Assembly (NCBI GenBank): GCA_963743525.1
Contig: CAVUQH010000003.1
Span: 608,001 to 672,000, forward strand
Source: an uncultured delta proteobacterium
Lineage (GTDB): Bacteria > Myxococcota_A > Polyangia > Haliangiales > Haliangiaceae
DNA length: 64,000 nucleotides
Direction of reading: 5' to 3'
Shown here: positions 1-18,073 of the stretch, piece after piece
How positions within the stretch are numbered: the stretch's first letter is position 1
How the letters are laid out: each line of letters opens with the position of its first letter
Notes under the pieces: generated by a model
What the model was told of the DNA's origin: nothing
The model's database searches: none
What the model saw: the letters and a program-made list of their open reading frames with translations, nothing else
Position numbers and translations under genes: made by a program

Positions 1-1
1 C

Positions 2-339
2 GACCTCGACTCGGTGCAGTCGAACGTCGAGGGCGAGATCGTTACGCACCTGCAGAATGCTGCACCGCGCTACGACGCGGTGATCCTCAACCCCGGTGGC
101 TATACCCACACCAGCGTTGCAATTCGCGACGCCATCGAGGCCTGCGGCGTGCCGGTCGTCGAGGTCCATTTGTCCAACATTCACGCCCGTGAGAGCTTCC
201 GCCACACCTCTCTCACGGCCGCGCGGTGTATCGGCCAGATCAGCGGATTCGGTCCACAAAGCTATTACCTGGGACTGGACGCCGCCCTCGCTCATGTGGA
301 ACGGTTGCGCCCCAACTCCACGGCGAGCGAGAAATCAAC

Positions 340-343
<4 letters not shown>
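2..343 (+). CDS. aroQ: Type II 3-dehydroquinate dehydratase, 5'-truncated by the window edge
   Basis: QSNxEGE, ILNPGGYTHTSVAIRDA and VEVHLSNIHARESFRH motifs; sits upstream of accB/accC. Confidence 0.95.
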
Positions 344-993
<650 letters not shown>

Positions 994-997
994 CGCC

Positions 998-2338
<1,341 letters not shown>

Positions 2339-2365
2339 ATTTACGAAATCACTGCAATTCCTTCC

Positions 2366-2394
2366 TTGACCGCCCCTTTGGCGGAACGTAAGCT
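2366..2394 (+). promoter_or_regulatory. Putative sigma70-type promoter of sgmX
   Basis: TTGACC (2366-2371), 17-nt spacer, TAAGCT (2389-2394); perfect palindrome TCGTAAATTTACGA at 2333-2346 just upstream. Confidence 0.5.
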
Positions 2395-2493
2395 GATCGA
2401 CGCGTGGAGATTCGTCCTGCATACCGCGCGGGATGGACAGGTGTCCGGTGTACCCGCGCGTCGAGCGCCCGTTGCCCGGAGTACCGCTGACCC

Positions 2494-5490
<2,997 letters not shown>

Positions 5491-5529
5491 TACGCCGATC
5501 CGCTGGCGCGGTTCGGCTGCCTGGCCCGC

Positions 5530-6096
5530 TCAGCTCTGCAGGATCTCCGCGGCGCGGAGAACGGCGGCCGGCCGGCGTTTGACGCCCAGCTTCTGGTACA
5601 GGCGGAACAGGCGCGACTTGACCGTGCCGACGCGGACCTTGAGCAGCTGCGAGATCTCGTCGTTGCTCATGCCGCGCCACAGCAGCGCCAGCAGACGGGC
5701 GTCGGTGATCGATAGACCGAGTCCGCCGGCCAGCTGCTCGGCGATGGCCCGGCTGGAGCCGGAGCGGGCGACCGAGATCTCCAGCACCGTGTGGCCGGTG
5801 AACTGGTCGAGCGGCCGGGCGCGAACCCGGAGCACGGCGTCGTCGTGCTGCCAGCGCTCGATCGCCTGGGGCGAACGGCGCAGCTGGTCGAGCAGGGTGC
5901 CGAGCTGCTGCTCCAGGTCGGGCGGAATGATTCCGGTCGGGCACTCGAGCAGGTTGCGCGCGCTGCTGTTCATGTACAGCGCCCGGCCGGTGGCGTCGAG
6001 GACGACCAGGCCGACCTCGGTGTGGTCGAGGACGGAGAAGAGGAGCTCGGAGGGGTTGTGAAGGAGGGGATTGGGATGGCGGGTGGGGAACATCAT
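5530..6096 (-). CDS. PAS-like + LuxR-type HTH transcriptional regulator
   Basis: GLVVLDATGRALYMN PAS-like segment; GMSNDEISQLLKVRVGTVKSRLFRLYQKLGV HTH; start uncertain. Confidence 0.8.
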   Translation of the reverse strand: MMFPTRHPNPLLHNPSELLFSVLDHTEVGLVVLDATGRALYMNSSARNLLECPTGIIPPDLEQQLGTLLDQLRRSPQAIERWQHDDAVLRVRARPLDQFTGHTVLEISVARSGSSRAIAEQLAGGLGLSITDARLLALLWRGMSNDEISQLLKVRVGTVKSRLFRLYQKLGVKRRPAAVLRAAEILQS

Positions 6097-6263
6097 GACC
6101 CGCTTTAGTTCACGTCCCGTGCCGACTCCCGAAACGTAGGTTTGTCGCACACTTGACTACGCACGGTGGTGTCCGGAACCGATCGGTCAACCGCCTGACG
6201 GTGATCGTTCGCGGCCGATCGCCGGCCAGATCAGTCGTGATCACGCGATCATGTCGCTCTGCG

Positions 6264-7370
<1,107 letters not shown>

Positions 7371-7389
7371 GGCCCGAAGCTACCGCGGC

Positions 7390-8592
7390 TCACTGGGCCA
7401 GGACCAGCGCCGCCTGGAGCAAGCCAACGGCGCCGCCGAGCACGCCGCCGATGACGATGAGGATCGCCTCGTCCTCCTCGAACACCCCGCGGAGCAGCCG
7501 CTCGAACTCGTCCTTGGGCAGCTGGGTCAGCTTCTCTTGAATGGTCGCGGCGACGTCGAGCTTGCGTTCGAGGTAGGCCTCGAGCTCCGGCTGCAGCTCG
7601 GGAATGGCTGCGAGCAGGCGCCCGACCACCACCGCTTTGATCTCTTCCAGCTTCGCCGGCGTCATCTCGATCGGCACCAGCGCCTGCGCCCTGGCGGTCA
7701 GCGTCTCCAGCTCCGCCGACAGCGTCGTCACCACGATGTCGGCGATACGCTCGCCGGCCTCGCCCTCGGAGACCAGGCGGATGAGGTTCTTCGGCGTCAG
7801 GATCTCGTCGGCGGCGAGCCGCGCGTAGTCCTGAGAGATCTGTAGCTGGCGCTTGGGGAACATCCCCTGGTAGGTGACGAACAGATAGCGCGTCGGCTCC
7901 ATCGGCCGGAAGATCATCTGGATGGCCAGGTAGTTGGTGACCAGGCCGACGATGACCCCGACGATCGGCATCAGCCACCAGACCTGCATCCAGTTCCACA
8001 CCGCGACCTGACCCAGGCCGATGATGAAGCCGAAGACGCCGCCGTAATACTCGATGAACTTCAGCTCGCGCGCGCCGATCTCCTGGAACAGTCGCACCAG
8101 CTTGTCGGTGTTTTCGCCCGACAGCTCGTTCACCACCAGCTGCTTGAGATCGAGCAGCTCGTCCGACACGCCCTGCAGGCGGTCGAAGATCTCACGGGCG
8201 ATCCGCTTCGACTCGAGGCGAACCTGGCCGATGATCATCTGCCGCGCCGGCTCGGGCAGCGTGTCCCACGCGCCCGGCTGCAACCGCTCGGCAGCCTCGC
8301 GCACGATCGGCTCGGTCTCGTGTTCGAGTGACGCCTCGAACAACTGCTCCATCTCTTCCGGGTCGAGACGCTCGGCCAGCTCGCGGGCGCTCAGCAGCTT
8401 GCTGGTGATGGTGTCGGCCACGCCCGACGCGAACTTCTTCGCGTTGCGCGGCAGGATGCCCTGCCAGCCCACGGGGCCGATGCCGAGGAACCGGGCCGGC
8501 TGGAAAATCATCTTCACCGCCGCCCAGTTGGTGACCCAGCCGATGATGGCCGTGATCACGGGGACGGTGACGAACAGGAGCAGAACCGACAT
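7390..8592 (-). CDS. DUF445-family membrane protein
   Basis: Two internal repeats of IGWxTNxxAxxMIFxP...QGxx[18 protein letters not shown]. Confidence 0.75.
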   Translation of the reverse strand: MSVLLLFVTVPVITAIIGWVTNWAAVKMIFQPARFLGIGPVGWQGILPRNAKKFASGVADTITSKLLSARELAERLDPEEMEQLFEASLEHETEPIVREAAERLQPGAWDTLPEPARQMIIGQVRLESKRIAREIFDRLQGVSDELLDLKQLVVNELSGENTDKLVRLFQEIGARELKFIEYYGGVFGFIIGLGQVAVWNWMQVWWLMPIVGVIVGLVTNYLAIQMIFRPMEPTRYLFVTYQGMFPKRQLQISQDYARLAADEILTPKNLIRLVSEGEAGERIADIVVTTLSAELETLTARAQALVPIEMTPAKLEEIKAVVVGRLLAAIPELQPELEAYLERKLDVAATIQEKLTQLPKDEFERLLRGVFEEDEAILIVIGGVLGGAVGLLQAALVLAQ

Positions 8593-8647
8593 TTGCGGCC
8601 GCTGTATAGCAGGTCCTTCGCTGCGGCGAACCTGCTAGAGTCCGACC

Positions 8648-9181
8648 GTGAGCAGATCGACCGTCGTGTTGACCGTGATTGGCGAGGACCGGCCCGGGTT
8701 GGTCGGCCTGCTGTCGCAGACCGTGGCCGAGCTAGGCGGCAACTGGGAAGAGAGCCGCATGGCGCGGCTCGGCGGCCGGTTTGCCGGAATCCTCCGGGTC
8801 AGTATCGAGCCCGAACGGGTCGACGCCCTGGTCGAGGCTCTGCAGTCGCTGGCCGGCAAGGGCGTGCGCGTCATCGTCGAGCCGGGTGGCGAAGGGAGCC
8901 TGCCCGAGGGACACCGCCGGCTGCGCGTGTCGCTGCTCGGCCAGGACCGCACCGGCATCATCCGCGACATCTCGGCGGCACTGGCCTCGCGCGGTGTCAA
9001 CGTCGAGTCGCTGGAGACGCAGTGTGAAGAGGCGCCGATGGGCGGCGGCGAGCTGTTCCGCATGGTCGCCGAGATCGCAGTGCCGGCGTCGCTGGCAACC
9101 GGTGACCTGCGCGCGGCGCTCGAGAACCTGGGCAACGATCTGATGGTCAACATCGCCCTCCGCGACGACGTCGAGTCGTAG
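8648..9181 (+). CDS. Tandem ACT-domain protein (GcvR-like)
   Basis: VIGEDRPGLV...GGNWEESRMARLGG and GQDRTGII ACT repeats. Confidence 0.85.
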   Translation: MSRSTVVLTVIGEDRPGLVGLLSQTVAELGGNWEESRMARLGGRFAGILRVSIEPERVDALVEALQSLAGKGVRVIVEPGGEGSLPEGHRRLRVSLLGQDRTGIIRDISAALASRGVNVESLETQCEEAPMGGGELFRMVAEIAVPASLATGDLRAALENLGNDLMVNIALRDDVES

Positions 9182-9183
9182 CC

Positions 9184-9855
9184 GTGGACGATCCCCGGGC
9201 AGTTATTCGCCGGGTGTACCGGAAGGTCGATGACGGCTTCTGGATCCCGCAAAACGAGGAGCACCAGATCCTCGCGGCAGCGAGCTCGCCGACCTACGGC
9301 GAGATGACGCCGACCTCGGTGCGGCGCCTGGCCGAGCACCTCGAGCTGGGGCCGCTCGACGTCTTCTACGACCTCGGGTCGGGCGTCGGCAAGGTGATCA
9401 ACCAGATCGCCATCAGCGCACCGGTGGCCCGCTGCGTGGGCGTCGAGCTGTCGCCGTCGCGGGTGCGCACCGCGCGCACGGTGTTGCGGCAGCTGCGCGC
9501 CGACGGGCTGGTCCGCGCGGCGCAGGTCAGCTTTCGCCAGCAGGATATCCTCGCCGCGCGCCTGCGCGACGCCACTGTGGTCTACACCTGCTCGACCGCG
9601 TTTCCGTGGACCTTCCTCGGCGCGCTGTGCAACAAGGTCGCCGGGCTGGGCAAGGCGCTGACGTTCGTCAGCGTGCAGGAGCTGGTGCCGCGCGCCGACT
9701 TCGAGTTGCAGGCGACGCTGCGCCTGGACATGACCTGGCAGCGGCGCGACTACGTCTACGTCTATCGCGTCACGCCGGACTCGGCGCAGGCGGGATCGAG
9801 TAGGTCACGGTCGCGTGCGCGACCGGCTCGTCCTCGCCCTCGCTCGCGATCGTGA
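9184..9855 (+). CDS. DOT1-like SAM-dependent methyltransferase
   Basis: TYGEMTP, DVFYDLGSGVGKV, GVELSPSR, DATVVY motifs. Confidence 0.7.
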   Translation: MDDPRAVIRRVYRKVDDGFWIPQNEEHQILAAASSPTYGEMTPTSVRRLAEHLELGPLDVFYDLGSGVGKVINQIAISAPVARCVGVELSPSRVRTARTVLRQLRADGLVRAAQVSFRQQDILAARLRDATVVYTCSTAFPWTFLGALCNKVAGLGKALTFVSVQELVPRADFELQATLRLDMTWQRRDYVYVYRVTPDSAQAGSSRSRSRARPARPRPRSRS

Positions 9856-10192
9856 CCTGACCGACGGCAAGGCGCGCACCCAGCTTGAGGATCTCGGCCT
9901 CGGCGACGACGTCGTGATCGGGCGACGGCCGGCGGAGGAAGTTGATGTTGAGGTTGGTGGTGACCGCCAGCGCCACCGGACCGAGCGACGCCAGCACGGC
10001 GAAGTACATTGCGGTGTCGGTCAGCGCCATCAGCGTCGGCCCGGAGACGGTGCCGCCCGGGCGCAGGTGGTGGTCGGCGACCGGCAGGCGGACGGTCGCC
10101 CGGCGGTGGGCGACGGCGTCGATGACCCAGCCCAGGGAGCGGGCCTGGGGGAAGGTCTGGTCAATGAAGCGCTCGATCTCGGCAGCGGTCAT
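9770..10192 (-). CDS. PaaI-family hotdog thioesterase
   Basis: HLRPGGTVSGPTLMALTD, AVTTNLNINFLRRP, VAHATVTYSIP; ATG at 10192. Confidence 0.88.
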   Translation of the reverse strand: MTAAEIERFIDQTFPQARSLGWVIDAVAHRRATVRLPVADHHLRPGGTVSGPTLMALTDTAMYFAVLASLGPVALAVTTNLNINFLRRPSPDHDVVAEAEILKLGARLAVGQVTIASEGEDEPVAHATVTYSIPPAPSPA

Positions 10193-10214
10193 GGGTGGCT
10201 CCCAGGCTCGCACA

Positions 10215-10278
10215 GATTGGGCATTTGTGCGCAGAATCCTTGTTATTTCAGTGGGTTGACTGGGCAGTGCGTGTCCCC
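10215..10278. repeat. Dispersed 64-nt element, copy A
   Basis: GATTGGGCATTTGTGC...ATTTCA...GTTGAC...GTGCGTGTCCCC aligns without gaps to copies at 29233-29296 and 56628-57029. Confidence 0.85.
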
Positions 10279-10289
10279 TTTTTGTCTTG

Positions 10290-10308
10290 TGTAAAGTGAC
10301 ACTTGACA
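10290..10308. promoter_or_regulatory. Palindromic operator containing a TTGACA box
   Basis: TGTAAAGTG-A-CACTTGACA (one mismatch), 30 nt upstream of the reductase-MerR-diiron operon. Confidence 0.55.
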
Positions 10309-10338
10309 GATGGTCCACTCCCGGGGAGAGTGGGAACC

Positions 10339-11522
10339 ATGGCAAGGGCATTGCGCGAGCGAGTGCGGCAGATGCGGCGGGACGTGCGGGTGCTGGCGGC
10401 CGGGCTGATGGGCCGGCACCGGGTACCGCTGGTGGCGCGGGGACCGCGACGCGCGGCAATGCCGTCGGCCAGCGCGCAGACGGCGCGACGGCTGCACGTG
10501 GTCAACCGAGTGATGGAGACCTCCGACGCGGTCAGCCTGGTGCTGGCGGATCCGACCGGTGCGCCGATCGAGTTCGTGCCCGGGCAGTTCTTCACCGTGC
10601 TGGTACAGGTCGGCGGGCGCGAGCTCCGCCGCGCGTACTCGGCGTCGAGCGATCACCGCGACGCCGGCCAGGTGCGGTTGACGATCAAGCGGGTCTCCGG
10701 CGGCGCGGCGTCCGGGCGTTTGATCGACGACACCAGGGTTGGCGACGAGCTGCGGCTGTTGGGGCCGTCGGGATCGTTTACCTGCGCACCGGAGCCGGAT
10801 GCCGCGCGCCACCTGGTGCTGATCGCCGGTGGCTCGGGGATCACGCCGCTGTATTGCATCGCGCTGGCAATCGCCGAGGGCGAGCCGGGATCGCGGGTGA
10901 CCGTGCTGTACGGCAACCGCAGCATCGAGGAGGTCATCTTCCTCGCCGATCTGGAACAGCTGCAGGCGCGCCACGGCGATCGCGTGGTCGTGCGCCAGGT
11001 GCTGGAGCAGCCGCCCGACGATTGGGACGGCGGCACCGGCCGGCTCGATGCCGACACGGTGGCCGGCGAGCTGGATCGGATCGCCGGCGACGATCGACCG
11101 GTCGGCTACTGGGTGTGTGGTCCCGAGCCGATGATGGTGGCAGTGCGCGAGGCGCTGGCTGCGCGCGGTGTGCCGGCGGCCGACATCCGCGAGGAGCGAT
11201 TCACCGGCCCGCAACGTCGGGCGACCGCGGCGCCGGGGTCGGCGATCGGTGCGGTACACGGCGCGCGCATCAGCCGCGGCGGCACCACCCGCGAGGTCGC
11301 GGTGGCGCCGGGCCAGACGCTGCTCGACGCCGGGCTCGCGGCCGGAGTGCCGATGGAGTTTTCCTGCGCGATGGGCGGCTGCGGCGCCTGTCGGGTCAAG
11401 CTGACCGCCGGTGAGGTCGACAGCGACGAGCCCAACTGCCTGACGCCGTCCGAGCGCGCCGACGGCTACGTCCTCGCCTGCGTGTCGCGGCTGTGCACCG
11501 ACGTGACCGTGGAGGCCGACTG

Positions 11523-11523
<1 letters not shown>
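10339..11523 (+). CDS. FAD/NAD(P)-binding oxidoreductase with C-terminal 2Fe-2S ferredoxin (PaaE/KshB-like)
   Basis: RAYS, GPSGSF, AGGSGITP, LYGNR, CGPEPMM, CAMGGCGAC...LACV. Confidence 0.92.
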
Positions 11524-12236
<713 letters not shown>

Positions 12237-12254
12237 TCGCCCCGGAGGTATCTC

Positions 12255-13439
<1,185 letters not shown>

Positions 13440-13511
13440 TCGGCGACCCTCCCCGGCCGATCCGCGCTACTATTCGTACTCGGGGGACTGTTCCAGTCCG
13501 GGCGGGTGCGC

Positions 13512-15776
13512 ATGGACGTTCGCTGCAAGTACTGCCACGTCGAATACGAAGTCGATGGCGATCGGCCGGTGGGAACGGTCATGCAGTGCATCAACTGCGG
13601 ACTGCCGGTGCAGATCCGCGCGCCGGAGGCTGATGTAGAAGCCGAGAGCGCCGCGGAGGCGAGTGCCGCGCCGGCGCCCGAGCCTGCGCCCGCGCCCGAA
13701 CCTGCGCCCGAACCTGCGCCCGCGCCCGAGCCTGCGCCCGCGCCTGCGCCTGCGCCTGCGCCCGAGCCTGCGCCTGAGCCCGCGCTCGAGGCCACCGAGG
13801 CCCCGGCCGACGACGATATCGAGGAGATCGATCCCAGCGAGGCGATCGAGGAGTCCGACGGCGTGCCCACCGCCGGCCCTCCGCCGTCCGGCCGCGCACC
13901 CACCGAAGGCCCGGCGCGCGTTCGCCACTGGATGGTGCGGGAGCCCGGCGGCGAGGTGCGCGCGGTCCCCGAGCTGACGACGCTGCAGAAATGGATCTTC
14001 ACCGGCCTGGTGACTCGCGAGTGGGAGATCTCGATCGGCGGCGACACCTGGAAACCGCTGGGCAACATCGGCGAGCTCGAGCCGTTCTTCGGCTTCGCCG
14101 AGGAGGCGCACGAGGCCTGGGATCAGTCCGGCCCGCACAAGGCGCCGCCGCGCCCGCCGCCGCGCCGGCCCGCCCTCGGTGAGCGCGAGGACAGCGCGGT
14201 CGAGCTCGACGTCAGCGAGCTGGAGGAGATCTCAGACGACCGGCCGCGCGGTGCGCGCGCGGCGACGATGCAGGGGATGCCGCCGCCGGTGCCGCCCGCG
14301 CCGGTGTCGATGGGCGGCTGGGGGCTGACCGGTGACGAGGACGTGTTCGACGAGCTCCATCCTGAGTTGGCCAGCCTCGCCGGTCCGGCGCCCGTGCCCG
14401 AAGAACCGCCCGAGCCGGTCCGACCCGAGCTGGCGATTCGCGACACCCCGGAGCCGGAAAAACCGATCAGCGAGCCGTCGGAGAAGCGCAGCTGGACGGC
14501 GGTTGCCGTCATCACCGTGGTCGCTGCCGTCGCCGTCTACTGGTTCGGCTTCCGCGACCGCGGGCAACCGCGCGACGCCGCGCTCGCACCGCCCCAGGTG
14601 GTCGACCGCGCCGAGGCGCCGCCGGCGGCGATGCCGATCGACGCCGCGGTCATCCCGTCGGCGCCCGAGTTGGTGACGATGGCCAGCAACGCGATCCTGG
14701 CCGGTGACGAGAGCGGGCTGCGCGACGCGCGGTTGCACCTGGGCGAGCTGCCGGCCGCGAGCACCGATCCGCAGCTGCTGGCGACCCGCTCCCGGGTCGC
14801 TGCGGCGCTGGCGCAGGTGATCCTCGATCGCGCGGCGATCGCCGGCAAGGCCGACGCCAAGGATCGCGAGGTCGAGTCGCTGTTGACCGAGGCGGTTTCG
14901 CGCGCCGATGAGGGGCTGGCGCTGGCCGCCGGTGATCCGACGCTCACCGTGGCGCGCGCCGACGGCCTGCGCCTTACCGGAGCGCCGGCCGGCGAGGTGC
15001 GCAAGCTGCTGGGCACCCGCGGTGGCGATCCGATCGAGGTCGCTCTGGTGCAGTCGGCGCTGTACGAGCGAGACGGCGACATGCGTCGCGCTCGCCGGTC
15101 CGTCGAAGGGGTGCTCGCCGATGCCGACGCGGCCGGCGATCCGCGCCCGCGCTTCCGTATGGCGCTGGATCGCTTCCGCGCCAACGAGCTGTCCGAAGCC
15201 GAGGCCGCCCTCGGCCATCTGCTCGAAGAGCGACCGGGTCACGCCGGCGGCAAGGCGCTGAAACAGGCCATCGCCGACGCGCGCGAGAAGGCGCGCACGC
15301 AGCCGGTCGTGGCGGTCACACCCCAGCCACCGCGTGACGACACCTTCGTCGCCATGGTTCACGACGCCGAGAAGAAGGCCGACGATGGCGACTGCCCCGG
15401 GGCCCTGGCGATCTACGAGCGAGCGCGTCTGCTCAAGCCGCGGTCGATCACCGTGCTCAACGGCATGGGCTACTGCTACATCGACAGTCGCCAGTTCGCG
15501 AGCGCGCACTCGCGCTTCAACGAGGCGCTGTCGATCTCGCCCAACAACGCCGACTCGATGGTCGGCATCGCCGAGGCCTATACCCAGCAGGGGCTCAAGG
15601 ATCAGGCGATCCGTGTCTACCAGCGGCTGCTGGCCAGCCAGCCGGGCGGCAGCTACGGCAAGATCGCGCGCCGGCAGATCCAGGAGCTCGGCGGCGTCAT
15701 TCCGCCGCCGCCCGCCCCGGAGAAGGTCAGCAAGACCGACGCCGGCGCCGACGCCGGCGCCGAAGCGCAGCCGTAG
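13512..15776 (+). CDS. Zn-ribbon + GYF-like + TM + TPR protein (GltJ/AgmX-like architecture)
   Basis: CKYC...CINC, Pro/Ala/Glu linker, LQKWIFTGLVTREWEISIGGDTWKPLG, single TM helix, C-terminal TPRs. Confidence 0.75.
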   Translation: MDVRCKYCHVEYEVDGDRPVGTVMQCINCGLPVQIRAPEADVEAESAAEASAAPAPEPAPAPEPAPEPAPAPEPAPAPAPAPAPEPAPEPALEATEAPADDDIEEIDPSEAIEESDGVPTAGPPPSGRAPTEGPARVRHWMVREPGGEVRAVPELTTLQKWIFTGLVTREWEISIGGDTWKPLGNIGELEPFFGFAEEAHEAWDQSGPHKAPPRPPPRRPALGEREDSAVELDVSELEEISDDRPRGARAATMQGMPPPVPPAPVSMGGWGLTGDEDVFDELHPELASLAGPAPVPEEPPEPVRPELAIRDTPEPEKPISEPSEKRSWTAVAVITVVAAVAVYWFGFRDRGQPRDAALAPPQVVDRAEAPPAAMPIDAAVIPSAPELVTMASNAILAGDESGLRDARLHLGELPAASTDPQLLATRSRVAAALAQVILDRAAIAGKADAKDREVESLLTEAVSRADEGLALAAGDPTLTVARADGLRLTGAPAGEVRKLLGTRGGDPIEVALVQSALYERDGDMRRARRSVEGVLADADAAGDPRPRFRMALDRFRANELSEAEAALGHLLEERPGHAGGKALKQAIADAREKARTQPVVAVTPQPPRDDTFVAMVHDAEKKADDGDCPGALAIYERARLLKPRSITVLNGMGYCYIDSRQFASAHSRFNEALSISPNNADSMVGIAEAYTQQGLKDQAIRVYQRLLASQPGGSYGKIARRQIQELGGVIPPPPAPEKVSKTDAGADAGAEAQP
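13668..13784 (+). repeat. Coding low-complexity repeat (PAPE/PA)n
   Basis: Imperfect cctgcgcccga(a/g) tandem units. Confidence 0.8.
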
Positions 15777-15778
15777 CC

Positions 15779-16921
15779 CTAGAAGGCGAACACCAGGCTG
15801 CCGCCGGTGACCAGGGCGGTGTCGAACGACTTGCCCAGCAGGCCGGTCAGTCGGGTGTTGAGGTTGACCAGGAAGTACTGATTCTTGAACAGCTCGACCC
15901 CGGCGGTGCCGGCAAAGACGAACTTCGATCCGCCGAGGTAGCCGTAGCCGACGCGCAGGCCGAGGTACGGGTTGAGGAAGCGCCGCTTGCCGCGGCCGAG
16001 GAAGTCGGAGTAGATGCTGCCGCCTCCGGTCGCGAGCACGGCGGTTTTCTCTCCGTCCTTGGCCGGGAACAGATCCAGCTCGAGGGTCGCCCGGCCCTCG
16101 GCCTTGTCCTTGCCGCCGGGGGTGATGGTGTGGATCACCAGACCGGCGCCGAGGCGGTTGCGCGAGCGCGTGCCCGGATTGAACAGGGTCAGCACGGTGC
16201 CGCGCGCGCCGGGGTAGAGCTTGGCCTCGGGCCCGAGCACGGCACCTTCGCGCCGCTGCAAGCTGATGTGCATGGTCGCGAACGCCACCCGATCCTTGAG
16301 CCACCGCTGCTCGCCTTTGATCTTCTCGATCTCCCCGCGCAGGCGGGTCATCTCGTTTTCGATCGCCAGGACGTCCTTCATCTCGAGTCCTTGGCGGTCG
16401 AGGAGCGAGCGCAGCCGCTGCAGTGTCAGGGTCAGGTTCTCCAGCGCGATCTGCTGGTCGAACAGCTGTCGCGACACGTCGGTGCCCTGCACCCGCTTGT
16501 CGCGGATCTCGCCCAGGCTGGCCACCCAGCCGACGAAGCCGTCGACCTCGCCCGGGGGCATGCGCAGATCGAGGGTGCCGGTCCACGATTCGTGGGCGCC
16601 GCTGAGGTTTTCGTTGGTGACCCGCCCACCGGCGGCCTCGACTCGCTTGCGGATGTCGGCGGCGGCGTCTTGCACGTTGTTGACGCCCATCGTGAGCCAG
16701 CCCTCGATCATCAGCTGCTCGGGCAGCGTGGCCGAGGCGCCGGCTTGGGCGGTGGTGTTGCCGCCGCCGGCGGTTCCGACCGACGCGACCACCGGCCCGG
16801 GAGCAGGGGCCATGGCCGGGGCGGCCACGCTGCGTTGTGTCCCGCCGGCGGCACAACCGGTGATCAGGACGAGCGCGAGGGCCGCGCGGACAGGGGATGC
16901 GAGTCGGTGCAGCTCGGGCAT
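15779..16921 (-). CDS. DUF4349-like lipoprotein with beta-rich C-terminal domain
   Basis: Lipobox LITGC; GGRV...LRMP...DVS...LxRLRSLL...IENEMTRLRGEIEKIKGEQRWLKDRVAFAT. Confidence 0.7.
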   Translation of the reverse strand: MPELHRLASPVRAALALVLITGCAAGGTQRSVAAPAMAPAPGPVVASVGTAGGGNTTAQAGASATLPEQLMIEGWLTMGVNNVQDAAADIRKRVEAAGGRVTNENLSGAHESWTGTLDLRMPPGEVDGFVGWVASLGEIRDKRVQGTDVSRQLFDQQIALENLTLTLQRLRSLLDRQGLEMKDVLAIENEMTRLRGEIEKIKGEQRWLKDRVAFATMHISLQRREGAVLGPEAKLYPGARGTVLTLFNPGTRSRNRLGAGLVIHTITPGGKDKAEGRATLELDLFPAKDGEKTAVLATGGGSIYSDFLGRGKRRFLNPYLGLRVGYGYLGGSKFVFAGTAGVELFKNQYFLVNLNTRLTGLLGKSFDTALVTGGSLVFAF

Positions 16922-16970
16922 ATCGCCTGCGAAACGCAGGCGACCGGCCCAGCTTACAGCCGGGCGGTTG

Positions 16971-17555
16971 CTAGCCGCGGATCAGACGCAGCAGGCTGGA
17001 CAGCATGTCGAAGGTCAGACCCCAGATGACCTGGCCGTCGTAGCGCCAGCACGGCAGGTCGAGGCGCAGCGGACCCTTGCGGTAGGGATAGCGGTCGTCG
17101 AGCTCGCCGGCGGCGGCGCGGGCCAGAGGCAGCCAGAACACCTCGGCGGCCTCGCGGCTGGGGCGCGGCTGCTCCGGATGCTCCTCGACGAAGACGAACG
17201 GCGTGATGCTCATCGGCAGGATCTTGCCGCGGGCGATCGCGCGCACCGAATCGATCTGACCCAGCAGCCGGGCGCTGGCGTCGAGGTCGACGCCGACCTC
17301 CTCGCGGGTCTCGCGGACCGCGGTGGCGACCAGGGACGGATCCGACTGCTCTTCGCGTCCGCCGGGGAACGACACGTGTCCCGACCAGCGATCGCCGGCG
17401 ACCTCGGCGCGGCGCATCAGCAGCACCTCGGGCGACTGGTTCAGGTAGCGCAGCAGCACCGCAACCGCCGCCCGCCGAGGCGCGGTCGCGCGCGAGTGCG
17501 AGACCGGCTCGTGTTGGGTGATGCGCGCGCTGAGGTGCTCGAGGGACAGGTCCAT
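16971..17555 (-). CDS. NUDIX hydrolase (CoA pyrophosphatase type)
   Basis: SGHVSFPGGREE...TAVRETREEVG Nudix box; IWGLT. Confidence 0.9.
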   Translation of the reverse strand: MDLSLEHLSARITQHEPVSHSRATAPRRAAVAVLLRYLNQSPEVLLMRRAEVAGDRWSGHVSFPGGREEQSDPSLVATAVRETREEVGVDLDASARLLGQIDSVRAIARGKILPMSITPFVFVEEHPEQPRPSREAAEVFWLPLARAAAGELDDRYPYRKGPLRLDLPCWRYDGQVIWGLTFDMLSSLLRLIRG

Positions 17556-17682
17556 GAGGTCGTGATCAGTGTACCCGCTGCGCCCCGCGATGCCGCCTGC
17601 CAGATCGGGCTGGCACGGGCAAGAAAGCGGCGCCGATCGCCGGGATTTTGCGCGCCGTCGGCGGCCATCCTACGATGGCGGA

Positions 17683-18051
17683 ATGAGAGCAACGGAACGT
17701 CGCAGGCGGCGCAGCGAGGTGCGGAGAGAGGCGATTGCGCTTCAGCTCGAGTCCTCGCGTCGGGCCGCAAAGCTGAACGCCATGGTCCTGGCCGATGAGG
17801 ACGGGCTGTGCGTGGCCTCCTCGGGTGACATGCCCAACGACGAGATCGCCGTCTACACGGCGATGCTCGGCAACAAGGTCGAGAACTTCGAGGGGATCCT
17901 GTACTCGAAGGACAACCGCTTCAACGTGCGCATCCGCCGCTTCAGCCTGGGCGACCAGCGGCTGTTCCTGTGCGCGGTCGGCGGCGGCGGCGAGGCCCGC
18001 GCCAACGAGATCCAGCGCTCGCTGGGCGGCGTCCGGCGCATTCTCGCGTAG
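17683..18051 (+). CDS. Roadblock/LC7-like small protein
   Basis: AMVLADEDGLCVASSG motif; about 120 aa. Confidence 0.55.
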   Translation: MRATERRRRRSEVRREAIALQLESSRRAAKLNAMVLADEDGLCVASSGDMPNDEIAVYTAMLGNKVENFEGILYSKDNRFNVRIRRFSLGDQRLFLCAVGGGGEARANEIQRSLGGVRRILA

Positions 18052-18073
18052 AGAGCCGTCAGCGTCAGCGCAG

